Shown: positions 25,148 to 37,739 of the stretch, piece after piece
How positions within the stretch are numbered: position 1 is the first letter of the stretch
Layout: every line of letters starts with the position of its first letter
Source: Lama glama
Lineage: Eukaryota
Reading direction: 5' to 3'
Length of the DNA: 64,000 nt
Assembly (NCBI GenBank): GCA_028534125.1
Contig: CM052816.1
Coordinates: 22,074,001 to 22,138,000 of the forward strand
Position numbers and translations under genes: made by a program
The notes under the pieces: generated by a model
Databases searched by the model: none
What the model was told of the DNA's origin: nothing
The model's input: only the letters and a program-made list of their open reading frames with translations

Positions 25148-27094
25148 GATCATCATTCTACGTAACCCAGAAAGAGAGAAAAATAGCATATGGTACCACT
25201 CATGTGTGGAATCTCAAAATTTTTATAGAGAACTCTATGACTTCGCCTACAAAACAGAAACAGATCCGCAGACATAGTAAACAATCTTACGGTTACGGGG
25301 AAAGGAGGTGGGAAGGAATAAATCTGGGAGTTTCAGATTTACAGATGTTAGCCACTGTATATAAAAACAGATTTAAAAAAAGTTTCCTCTGTGTAGCACA
25401 GGGAACTCTGTTCAATATCTTGTAGTAACCTTTAGTGAAAAAATGAAAATGAATATATGTATGTATATGCATGACTGGGACATTATGCTGTGCAACAGAA
25501 ATTGACAGATTATAATTGACTGTACTTAAAAAAAAAGTACCATCAACTGCTTTGATCTGATACATAATGTTTTTCAGATTTAAAACATTGTTCTCCAAGG
25601 TAGAGCATATTCTAGGCCATAAAACAACTCTCAACAAATTAAAAAGGGCTGAGGTCATACACAGTTTGTCCTCTGAGGATATTGGAATTGAAGTATAAAT
25701 ACTAGAGCAAAATGTGGGAATTTAAACAATACTTTTGTAAGTGACCTGTAGATCAAGGAAGAGTCACAACAGAAATTAGAAAATATTTTGCACATTATAA
25801 CTGTACATCAATAAAAAAATAAAAAAAATTCTGTAATTAATGAAAATGAACATACATCATAATGATGGGATTCAACTGAAGGACCTTAGAGGGAAATTTA
25901 TAGCACATTTTTGAGAAAAGAATGACCTCAATTCATTCATATTAAATTTCCATCTGAAGAATAATCATAACAAAGTAAACCAAAGCAAACAAAATTTGAG
26001 TGGAAATCCATGAAATAAAAAACAGAAAAACAATAGAGGAAAATCAGTGAAATGAAAAGTTCTTTGAAAAGATCAACAAAATTGTTAAACCTTGAGTTAG
26101 AATGACCACTTATAAAAGAGAAGACAGAAAGTATCAAAATCAGGCATGAAAGAGAGGGTGTAACTATCCTAAAAGTATAAATAGAGAATTTTATAAGGCA
26201 GTTTTTAACAAAAATTGGACAAGTCTTAAAAAGACATACATAACTGTAAATACACTCAAAAAGAAATAGAAACTTTAAACAGACTTATAAAAAGTAAATA
26301 ATAATTATATGTATTTCCCCAAAGAAATGCCTAGGCCCAGATGGCCTTACTGCGAAATGTTTAAATTTAATGAAGCATTACTACATATCCTATGTAAACT
26401 CTTCTGGAAAACATAAGAGGGAATATTTTCATCCTCTTTTATGAGTATAGTATTACTCTGGTAATCTAGTATTATTACACAGACAAAAACATCACAGTAA
26501 GACTACAGATTGTTATCTCGTGAACTTACGTGCAAAAATTATTAAGAAAATAACAGCAAACCAAACTCAGGAGTATATTAACAGTATTAGACATGTGAGC
26601 AAGTTGGGGTTATCATAGGAAAGCAAAGAGGTTTACCATCCATAAGTTGGTTAATGGAGTATATTGTATTAGTAAGAGAAAGGGCAAAAAACACATGGTC
26701 CTTTCAGTAAACACAGAGAAAAATGTTGACAAAAATGCAAAACCTGTTCATGAAAAAAATTTAAAAATACTAGATATATGGAAGGAAACTTCCTAACCCT
26801 TATCTAGGACATGTATAATAATTCTGTTGCTGTGAGAATTTTATTTTCTTTTTTTAATTTGTATCTCTGATCCATTTTGAATTAATTTTTGTTCATGGTG
26901 TTACACTAAGATCTTACTTTCTTTTCCTGTATGGATACCTGGTTGTTTCATAAGTATATAGAAAAGAATATCTGCCCCCCCCCCAAATTCCCTGGGCACT
27001 TTTGTCAAAAATCAGTTGAACATATTTGTATGGGTCAGATTTTGTTCTGTGTCCTGTTTCATTGATCTGTAAGTTAATCTCATGCCATACTGTC

Positions 27095-28366
27095 TTTTTT
27101 TTTAATTGAAGTATAGTCAGTTTACAATATTCTGTCAATTTCTAGACTACAGCATAATAGTTCAGTCATACATATACATACATATATTCATTTTCATATT
27201 CTTTTTTTATTATAGATTATTACAAGATATTGAATATAGTTCCCTGTGCTATACAGTATAAACTTGTTTATCTATTTTATATATATATAGTATTATCTGC
27301 AAATCTCGAATTCCCAGTTTATCTATACTTACCCCTTCCCCCTCCCTCAGTAACCGTAAGTTTGTTTTCCATGTCTATGAGTCTGTTTCTGTTTTGTAAA
27401 TAAGTTCATTTGTCTTTTTTTTTTTAGATTCCACATATAAGCAATATCGTATATTTCTTTCTCTTTCTGGCTTACTTCACTTTGAGTGGTAATCTCTGGG
27501 TCCATCCATGTTGCTGCCAATGTCATTATTTTATTATTTTTTATGACTGAGTAGTAGTCCATTGTATAAATATACCACAACTTCTTTATCCAGTCATCTG
27601 TCAATGGACATTTAGGTTGTTTCCATGTCTTGCTATTGAAAATAGTGTTGCTATGAACATTGGGGTGCATTTGTCTTTTCAAATTAGAGTTCCCTCTGGA
27701 TATATGCCCAGGTGTGGGATTGCTGGATCATATGGTAAGTCTATTTTTAGTCTTTGGAGGAATCTCCATACTGTTTTCCATAATGGCTGCACCAAACTAC
27801 ATTCCCACCAGCAGTGTAGGAGAGTTCCCTTTTCTCTACTTCCTCTCCAGCATTTATTATTTGTGGACTTTTGAATGATGGCCATTCTGACTGGTGTGAG
27901 ATGATACTTCATTGTAGTTTTGATTTGCATTTCTCTTATAATTAGTGATATTCAGCATTTTTTCATGCGCCTGTTGGCCATTTGTAGTCTTTTTTGGAGA
28001 ATTTCTTGTTTAGGTCTTCTGCCCATTTTTCGATTTTGAGTTTATTTTTCTGTATGGTGTGAGGGAGTATTCTAACTTCATTGTTTTACATGCAGCTGTC
28101 CAGTTTTTCCAATACCATTTTCTAAAGAGAGTGTTTTTTCTCCATTGTATATTCTTGCCTCCTTTGTTGAAGATTAATTGACCATAGGTGTGTAGGTTTA
28201 TTTCTGGGCTCTCTATTCTGTTCCATTGGTCCATATGTCTGTTTTTGTACCAATACCATGCTGTTTTGATTACTGTAGCTCTGTAGTAGTCTCTGAAGTC
28301 TGGGAGGATAATTCCTCCAGCTTCATTCTTTTTTCTTCAGTATTGCTTTGGCAGTCTGGGTCTTTG
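27095..28366 (-). mobile_element. 5'-truncated camelid L1 (3'UTR plus ORF2 3' part) with an internal deletion
   Basis: Poly(T) at ~27095; ORF fragments [41 protein letters not shown] and [15 protein letters not shown]. Confidence 0.88.
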
Positions 28367-31300
28367 TTTTTTTTGTTTTTGTTTTTTTTTTTAACATTTT
28401 TTATTGAGTAATAATGATCTTACAATGTTGCATCAAATTCAAGTGTAGAGCACAATTTTTCAGTCATACATGAACATACATATATTCATTGTCACATTTT
28501 TTTTTCTCTGTGAGCTACCACAAGATCTTGTATATATATCCCTGTGCTATACAGTATAATCTTGTTTATCTATTCTAGATTTTAAAATCCCAATCTGTCT
28601 CTTTCCACCCTCCGCTCCCTTGGCAACCACAAGTTTGTATTCTATGTCTATGAGTCTGTTTCTGTTTTGTATTTATGTTCTTTTTTTGTTTTTTTGTTTT
28701 TTTTTTAGATTCCACATATGAGTGATCTTGTATGATATTTTTCTTTCTCTTGCTGGCTTACTTCATTTAGAATGACATTCTCCAGGAACATCCACGTTGC
28801 TGCAAATGGCGTTATGTTGTCGGTTTCTGTGGTTGAATAGTATTCCATAGTATAAATATTCCACTTCTTTATCTAGTCATCTATCGATGGACATTTAGGC
28901 TGTTTCCATGTCTTGGCTATTGTAAATAGTGCTGCTGTGAACATTGGGGGTGCAGGTGTCATTTTGTAGTAGGGTTCCTTCTGGGTATATGCCCAGGAGC
29001 GGGATTCCTGGGTCACATGGTAAGTCTGTTCCTACTCTTGAGGAATCTCCATACTGTTTTCCACAGTGGCTTTCCTTGCTTCCCTCTCCAACTCTTTAAT
29101 GATTTAGATGTCTTCTTTTACAGTTTTGTGTTTATTCTATTTGGAATTCATGGTAGTTATCACCTTTACAGTTATGATTTCTCATTTTTGTAGCATCCTG
29201 CTTCTTTTCTATTTAGAGTAGACCTGTCAATATTTCTTCTAGCATAGGTGTAGTGTTGCTAAACTCTTAGTTTTTGCTTGTCTGTGAAATTCTTTATCTC
29301 TCCTTCTATTCTAAAGGATAGCCTTGCTGGATAGAGTATCCTAGGCTGCATATTTTTTTCATTCAGGACTTTGAATATATCTTGCCACTCCCTTCTGGCC
29401 TGTAATGTTTGTGTAGAGAAATCAGCTGAGAGCCTTATGGGGATTCCCTTGTAACTCACTCTTTGCTTTTCTCTTGCTGCCTCTAGGATCATTTCTTTCT
29501 CCTTAATGGTGGCCATCCTGATTATAATATGTCTTGGTGTGGGTCTGTTTGGGTTCTTCCTATGTTTGGATATCTGATTCCTTCTTTAAGTTTGGGAAGT
29601 TTTCAGTCATGATTTCTTCAAATACCTTTTCAATCCCCTTTATTTTTTCTTCCCCTTCTGGAACTCCTATTATGCATAGATTGGCATGCTTTATATTATC
29701 CCATAGGTCCCTTATATTGTTTTCATTGTTTTTTATTTGTTTAACTCTCGGCTGTTCTGATTGGGTGCTTTGTGCTGTCCTGTCTCCTAGGTCACTTATT
29801 CATTCCTCTGCACTTTCTAACTTGGTTTGTACAGCCTTTAGGTCAGCTCTCATCTCAGCAAATGAGTTTTCCAATTTTAATTGGCTCCTCTTTGTAGCTT
29901 AAATTTTGTTTTTGACATCTGTCTCTAAACAGAATCTCTTTTAGTTCCTTCAGTACTTTTATCACTCCTTTTTTGAAATCTTGATCTAGTAGACTATTAA
30001 TGTCTGTTTCATTGATCGTTCTTTCAGGGGATTTCTCTTGTTCTTTACTTGGGAGTGGTTCCTCTGCTTCTTCATCTTGCACATATCTCTCTGGCACTGT
30101 GTCTTATGGAATATCAGTTATCTACTGTGGTTCTTAAGGAGTTTATTTGTTTATCTATGTAAAGTGTAGTGGAAATAAAACTAAAAAAAAGAGAGAATTT
30201 TAAATTAGAGAAAAAAAGATTTGAAAACAGAGTATAATCAGTAACAGAAGAACAAGTTGAAGCAAAATAAAAGTCAAGTTTAGATTTATTTTAATAACCT
30301 TAAAAGAGGAAAAAAGAAAGAAAAATATTTGAAAACTGAGTATAATCAATAAGAGGAGAACAACCAAGACAAATAAAAATGAAATTGAGGTGAATTTTAA
30401 AAAATAATGAAAATATCTTAAAAGGAAAATTTTAAAGGGATTAAACATAGAGACATGTAGAATTGTTTAAAAAGTAAAAATTTTAAAAAGTAAAAGAAAA
30501 TAGAACAGAGAAAAAAATGAAGAAAAAAAGTGAATGTGCTCCTGTGGAGACTCTACACTCTTAATGATTTTCTCAAGAGGTCTTTCTTAACTATGGCTGG
30601 TTGTCACGTCTTATTTTACTTTGATTAGGAGTGTGGCCATTGACCTGATAGTCAGAGCCTGCCCTTGTTATTGAATGGGACCTCCTTTTTGTTTTGTGGT
30701 TGTCGCGGCTCCTGTCCTTTCCCTGCTGCGTGAACTTAGCTTGCTGCTTCCAGAGGCCCTCCGGTGGCACCCTTTGTCTTTGCTGCTCCCAATGCCGGTT
30801 GGCAAGCAGATGGTGCCCCCTTCCAACACTGCAGTCAGGTGCTGCACTCCTGCTTGGTAGGCGGGCAGGCCAGTCCCCCTCCTGGCGCTGGTTGCTCCCC
30901 TCCTCTGTGCAGCTCCTTGCTGCACCTAGGGTCTGTGCTCCATAGGCGGGCTCGAGGAAAATGGCGGAACAGCTCCTGCCTGTGCCAGAACTCAGCTCCT
31001 TGTTCCTTTGTCTTAGAAGCACAAGTTCTCAGAGGCACCAGGGCAGAACGAACCTGTCTGTCTGGGGCTGTAAACAAGTCTCTCCTTTGAGGCTGCTAAG
31101 CCCCTAGGTACGGGTTCCGGTTTTTGCCCAGCCCCCACCTGGATGCTAAGCACTGGTGGATATGGTGGCTATGGCTGAGCCCCGCCTCCCTTCTGAGAAC
31201 TTTTTTCTGGGGGTTTCTTGAGATAGATGCAATGGCACCCTTCCTCTCAGGGCACACCAGCCCTGTTGCCTTTTTTTTTTCCCTTTCTCCATATTTTATG

Positions 31301-31565
31301 GAGGACCCAGGTTGTTCTGTTCTGTATGCCCTCCCAGCCATGGCGCACAGCACCCTGCATTCCCCTGGGGTTGCCTCTTTGCAGCCTGCCCCAGTCCTCC
31401 ACCCTCGGGCAGCGTGTCTTGTCCCACTCCTGCTGCTTTGCCTCTAGGGCTGGAAATTGCGGAGACCCTCTGTGCCCATTTTACTTAGTTCTGTTGGTCA
31501 AGGGCTATTCTGTACAGATCCGAGCCTTTCAGTTTCCCTCTCCATTGGAGAGGGGGAGACCCCCA
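28367..31565 (-). mobile_element. L1 derivative: 5'UTR + ORF1 fused directly to the ORF2 tail and 3'UTR, with almost all of ORF2 missing
   Basis: The 5'UTR (30600-31560) is homologous to 23971-24900. ORF1p fragments ILEAAREKQRVSYKGIPIRLSADFSTQTLQARREWQDIFKVL. Junction at 29069/29070; poly(A) ~28367-28392; candidate TSD CT(G/A)GGTCTTT. Confidence 0.85.
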
Positions 31566-31796
31566 CTAGGTCTTTATTTTTTTTTAATAGCTTCTGTTTC
31601 TCTATTGTGTTCATATTTATCTCTACTTTCTTGAACATACAGAGCATGGCTGTTTCTGTGTTCATCTGTTGATTCCTTTACTGTTGACAGTTCTCAGTCT
31701 GTTCCTATTCATTGGTTTTTCCCTTGGTTCTGGATCATTATTTAGCTTTTTGCATACTTGTTTTTTGGTTTTGTTTTACTGGACATTGGACATGGA

Positions 31797-32425
31797 ATAT
31801 TTATTTATTTATTTATTTATTTATATATCTCTGTTTAGTTTTTTGGTTTTTTGTTTGGTTTGGTTTTTTAGTAAATTATAGTCAGTTATAACATGTCAGT
31901 TTCTGGTATACAACATAATGTTGCAGTCAGACATATATATACCTATAGTTGTTTTCATGTTCTTTTTCATTAGAGGTTATTACAAGATACTGAATATAGT
32001 TCTGTATACTATACAGAAGAAATTTTTTTAATCTATTTTTGTGTATAGTAGTTAATATTTACAAATCTCATTCTCCCAGATTTATATCTTCCCATCCCGT
32101 TTCCTCCGGTAACTAAGATTGTTCACTGTGTCTCCTAATCTTTTTCTCTTTTGTACACAAGTTCATTAGTGTATTCTTTTTTCTTTTTTACATTCCACAT
32201 ATGAATGATATCATATGGTAGTTTTCTTTCTGTTTATGGTTTACTTCATTTACAGTGACATTCTCCACATCCATTTGTGTTGCTGCAAATGATTTTTTAT
32301 GGCTGAATAGTATTCCATTATATAAATATACTATAGCTTCTTTATCCAGTCACTTGTTGATGGACATTTAGGTTGCTTCCATGTCTTGGCTATTGTATGT
32401 GATGCTTCTGTGTACATTGGGGTTC
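31797..32425 (-). mobile_element. Camelid L1 3' fragment
   Basis: 3'UTR similar to the 27095 copy; tail degenerated to (ATTT)n and T-rich repeats; candidate TSD GACATG(G/C)AA. Confidence 0.8.
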
Positions 32426-34319
32426 AAGACATGCAACTTTTATGTTGCTGGGATCCAGCTTTTGTTGTATGTCTTTAGTGTACTCTTAGGCTTTCTTCTG
32501 ACATGCATATTAGCTAATTGGAATCTGTTTATTCACTTGAGTTTTTATTATTTGTTTAAGCAAGTCCAGCACTTCCTTAGTGTAGGGCTAATTTATCACA
32601 TTACAAATGAAGTATGTATCTGAAAATCCCTCCCAGTGTTCTGTGTCTAACATGGTCTTTCCACTCTGGCTTGTAGTTGGTTTTTTCTCTTGTGTTCATA
32701 GTGTTCACCCGAAGATCACCAGAGCACATATGTGTACTCATGCATGCACTCTCACGCACATTCCTGTTTCTCTGTCTCTCTTCCTCTCTCTCTGCTGCTC
32801 CCTTCTTTCACATAACCTGCCCTGTAAGTTTTAAAGATCTCTCCCCCATCACCCATACCCCAAAACTTCTGATTCTTCAGTTGTGATTGGCCAGGTCTCT
32901 TAGGCTTCTATTTTCTTGCATTGTGGCTTACAGATTGCCTGTAGGTAATAAAATAGAGATATCGTAGTGATCATCTTAGTTTTTTGGTTCCACCTCTTAG
33001 GGATCACATCCCTGTGTTGCTTGCTTTCCAGTGTCTTGAAACTGCTGTTTAATATGTTTTGTGTGATTTTTCAGTTCTTTCAAGTAGGAGACTAAATCTA
33101 GTCCTTGTTATTTCATCTTGAGTGAAAGCAAACTTTCACAAGTTTCCTTTTAATTGTTCTATGTATTAGAAGAGGTAAGAATTTCTTTAGAGAAGTAAAA
33201 CCAAAAAATAGTCTCCTGATTAAGAAAAAATGGAAGTGATTTTTTTGTTACTTTCAGAAGTAATTTTGTTGGATTCTGAGTAGGATTTTACTATAACCTT
33301 ATACTTTATAGATAATTGACTTTTTTATAATATTGAGCTTTTTCATGAAAGTGTGTGCTATGTTGCTTCTTTTATAAAGAACCCGTCAGTAAAATTGTAT
33401 TGTTGTCTTTTATAAATGAGTTTCTTATTCTTTATTTAGTTTATTTTTTGGTATTTTACATTTTGCTTGCAATATTGGTGTTTTTATATTTGATTATTTT
33501 TGTAATAATACTTTATTTGTGTATTTTATAATTGGCCATGGTACTTAATTTTCATTTTGTAACATTTTAGATTGCATTCATAATTTTTCTTGTGCATTGT
33601 GCATATTAAGTATGTTAATCTTTTGTCTCTAATATAATTCAATATTTTTCTGTTCCCCCACCTTTTTAAAAATCCATTTTATCTTTCAAAATGAAAACAT
33701 CAGTGTTTTCCTACATGAAAAAGTGCTTTCTTTTTTGATTTGCTCAGAGATCTTTCTCCTGGATGACATAAAAATGTTCAAATTTTCCTTTGGTACTGCT
33801 GCAGTTTTAGTTTTTTCCAAAGAGCTAGTGAATGGCTCCAGCACTATTTTTACAAAACAAATCACTTCTGTATTTTACTGCAGTTTAAAAATATATTCAA
33901 ATGTAAATATTTTTTAAGTTTTAAAAATACCTGTTATCTAATACCACTTTCAGAATATTTACTTTTATAAAATATTCCATAATTGTGGCTTCACTCTTTA
34001 TTAGGTGTGATTTTACTTTAATTCAACACATATTGATAGATGTTCAAAATTTGAGGTTGGGCAGATATCTTTTATAATCAATTTTAGAGACTGGTTAAAG
34101 GCAGAATTTGAAAAATAATTGTCATACAGCTGTATTGAAACCACTTATATCTGGGCAAGTAAAAGGAAAATTGTTGTTTTAAGAATATCTTATTAATGTA
34201 AGTGATAGGATCAGAATTTCTTGGTTAACGTCTAGATTTTGGGGGTTCATTTTTTTTTCCTACGTTGATGTATTTTATTTATAACCTGTGCTAAAGAAAT
34301 TATTTTTCTGTTTTTATAG

Positions 34320-34389
34320 TTTTGGTAAGCAGTTTGGAGGAAAAAGAGGATGTGATTGTCTTGTATTAGAGCCTTCAGAAATGATTGTG
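34320..34389 (+). CDS. RAPGEF6: RAPGEF6 exon 5 (70 nt): FGKQFGGKRGCDCLVLEPSEMIV
   Basis: ttttctgtttttatAG acceptor and GTAAGA donor at 34390; phase 2 to 0, in frame with exon 4 across a 28.8 kb intron. Confidence 0.96.
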
Positions 34390-35561
34390 GTAAGAACTTT
34401 AAAGAATGCTGAATTGTTTTTTGATATGCTTTAGTTTCAACTTTAAACTTAGCAAGCTTTTAAACATTCAAGGAGGTTCCATTACTATGACTTTTTAAGT
34501 ACTTAACTAAGTAGCATCAAACCGTATATCAAGTTTGATGTATTTTCTTCTACTTTAAATTTTTTTCTGATGCTCTAGAGAATTTGAAACACGACGTAGT
34601 TAAATATAAAATGTTGCAAATTTAGTAATTTCTTTTACTGTTTCTACCAGAAATTTTAAATAAGAATTTTGAAAGAAAACTCTGATTTTCCTATTCAAAT
34701 TAGTTAATAATCTTTGAGCATTCATATTCCATGCCCTGTACTTGAGGGAGAGAAATGAACAAAAGAGACACAGTATATCCAACTAAGAAATGATTTAGTT
34801 CTGAATAATTTTACTTTAAGAGTATGTTTAAGGAATAATTCTTTACTTATTTCTAAGAAAGCTAGGTAGTTGATATAACTTTAGAAAATCGGACTTTTTT
34901 TTTTCCATAGCATCAGAAGAATCCAGAACACACTCCCTTTTTACCTTGGTCTCAAATGACCGTACTTAAAAATACCGGATACTCAATGGATTCTTTGTCC
35001 TGATAGCATCTCATGTATGATTAGATTTAAACTGTTGAGAAGTAAGATGAAATTCTTAATGAAGCATTTTAATATCGGGACTTAAAACAACCACTTCTCC
35101 TTGCATGATGTCAAAGTCAGGTTGACATCTTCTTTGGGCAGGAAAAAAAAAAGTACTTACTGTTTTCTTTTCCCCGAACTGGGTCATGTATGTTATCATG
35201 AACTCTGTATCCTAAATTTCATGTAAACAAGTGGATTTTAAGCTCCTAAAAGGCAAAGATTATGTCTTACTCTATTTGTGTCTTCTGTAATATTACATAG
35301 TGCTCCCTGCATAGTAAGTATTTGGTAAATGTTGCTTGAATTCAAGTTTGTTCAGTGTTTGCATTGTTTTATCATTAAGTGTTGGTACACATGGCATATC
35401 TCTTCAGGCCTCAGAACGCATTTTTAAATAAATGCATTGAGGGACATGGCAAGAAAACTGTCTCAGGCAATACTGTTTTCTCATTTATTTATTAGTTGAA
35501 GTATTTTATATTTCTCATACTTTATGGGCAAAGAATAGTGCTTTTACTGCAGTGTTCTCAT

Positions 35562-35732
35562 ATACCCTTGAACAACATAGGTTTGAACTGCTTAGTCCAC
35601 TTATATGCAGATATTTTTCAGTAGCAAATACTACAGTACTACACAGTCTGTGGTTGGTTGAACCATGGATGCGAGGGGTGGACTATAAGTTATATGTGGA
35701 TTAAGCTCTGACCTTCTTCGAGGGTCAGATAT
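35562..35732. mobile_element. Second, more decayed Tigger2-family MITE
   Basis: acccttgaacaacataggtttgaactgc...tccacttatatgcagatatttttc...cttcgagggtcaga aligns by eye with 19018-19236. Confidence 0.8.
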
Positions 35733-35899
35733 ACGTTGTTTTTTTTGTTTGTTTGTTTTGTTATATTGTAGTAAAATACACTTAGGTTGATATTTACTAT
35801 ATTAGCCATGTTTTAAATGTACAATTTGTTGATATTTTATAAATGTATGCTCCTTGTAACATACCTCTGTATCAAAATATAAAACATTTCCATCACTCA

Positions 35900-36810
35900 C
35901 CTTAAAAAGTAAGGAAATATTCAGAGAATTATAGGGACCTTGCAGAGGGACAGAGGAGCCAGGTCGAAGAGACTCCCATTGGCCAAATCTGGGACAATTT
36001 AAGACTCCAAATAAAAATGTTTAGGAACTGATGACACCCCTCCTGTATAAGATAAGAATTTATAAGTCCTAGTAATATGAATGAATGAAAAGGGAAAGTT
36101 CTTCCTGACAGCCACATGTCAACTCTGAAGTCCAGAAGGAGTGATTAAGTTAGAAGATAAATAATGAATGCTAAAACTTGTGACTAATGTTTACTGAGAA
36201 ACAGAATGCTTGCATAGTCCCATGGTATCTCCCCACAAATCACTTATGAAGGGAAAAATTACCAAATTTCTGATGGGAAACATAGTGGATACGACTGTAA
36301 CAAAAATCATGGGTACCACCGTCAATATAGGCACAAACTGATATCATAGTACTCCAGATATGATGTACTGAGGAGCACAAAACATCATCTCTGAGATATA
36401 TTCCTGCCAGAAATGAATGCCTGAAACTAATCATTAAGAAATGACAAGCCAAATAGAAGACATTCTACACATTGACTGGCCTATACTCTTTAGATATCCC
36501 AAAGTCAAGAGACATCACAGAAACACTGTGGAACTGTTCCATATTACAGGAGAAAAACAGTTATAACTAAATAGAGTGCTTGATATTGCATTAAATTTTG
36601 GAGGCAGGAGAAGAGCATAGCTGTAAAGACGTTGGCATAATTGATAAAATTTGAACATAGACTATGGATTAGCTAATACTGAAATTTCTGATTTTGATCA
36701 TTGTACTGGTATTTATGTAAGACAAAGTCTTTGTCTTTCGGAAGTACATGTTGGCATATTTTAGAGTCAAGAATTGTCTCTTCAGTTTATACCCAGATGT
36801 TTCAAAAAGG
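35900..36810 (+). mobile_element. Ancient L1MC4/ME-type 3'UTR
   Basis: cccattggccaaatctgggacaattt, gatatattcctgccagaaatg and ttttgatcattgtactgg motifs. Confidence 0.7.
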
Positions 36811-37739
36811 AGAATATGTGTATATAAAAAATTTTAAGTCACACACAAAAAATCCACGTCAAGTATGTGTATTTATGATTGGTAATCTTTTAATTCCAAA
36901 ACTATTGTATTGATGATCAGCATAGTTAAAAATGCTTTATGAGTTACAGGAGAAAATAATCCAAATAACTTTAAGATTTTTACTTGAAATTTCTGAAGGA
37001 TTTTATTTTCATTCCACCATATTGATGATTCTTAATTTTTTTTTGTAGTTTTTATTACTACTGTATCCTTTGAACTACAAAATTGTACTGAACATTTTTG
37101 TATCAGTACAGAGCTTGGATACCTCAGTGTATTTTTTAGGTAAAATAATTTAGAATTCATAAAAGTGCTTGATCAAAGTATACTTGTATTTACAAGTAAC
37201 ATGTTTACTATTTTGGTAAGTTCTGTCAATTGGTTTTACTTTGTATGTATTTATACAAATTTGAGTAACTGCACTGGTGATTGGGAATGCCTGTTTCTGA
37301 ATACCTTCCTGATAACCAGTTAGGTTAATCATCTTACTCTGACATGTTTTAAGGAAATCTTGTTTTAACTTGTGCATATACTCATATGCTTTATGAGGAA
37401 TTTATTTTTCTTCTTATGATTTATATCTCTTGCCAATTTTCCTGCTTAGATTATTCTTTATTTGTTCATTAGAACTTATTACTAGATAAATGAGCCCTTT
37501 TGTTCATAAGAAGCTGTTTATTATTTTTTCATTTTATATGTAAAGTGAATTTTGTGTCAGTAATAATTTTTTTTAATCTATTGTTTTTTTTTTTCCTCTT
37601 AGAATGTTTTGGTTTGGGGACATGCTTATTAGAAACACCTTCCGCATGACAAGATTATTGAACTTTTAAAACCTGTATAACTTAATACAGTTTTATAAGT
37701 TCATTGTTTAATTAAACTTTTTAATCTCACTTTTTCTGG

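Larger units (their letters stand above)
21833..25536 (+). mobile_element. 5'-truncated camelid L1 (ORF2 C-terminus plus 3'UTR), split by a younger antisense L1
   Basis: [17 protein letters not shown]...[11 protein letters not shown] motif. Sequence is continuous across the 22307-25147 insert and ends in poly(A); candidate TSD AAAAGTAC at 21825 and 25533. Confidence 0.85.
21200..26820 (+). mobile_element. Old L1 ORF2 (endonuclease to early RT region) fossil, split by nested younger L1s
   Basis: tatgctgtctacaggaga and ggctggagatttcaaaattctactctcaata before 21832; resumes at 25541 with tattctaggccataaaacaactctcaacaaatt and ggcccagatggccttactg. Confidence 0.75.
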
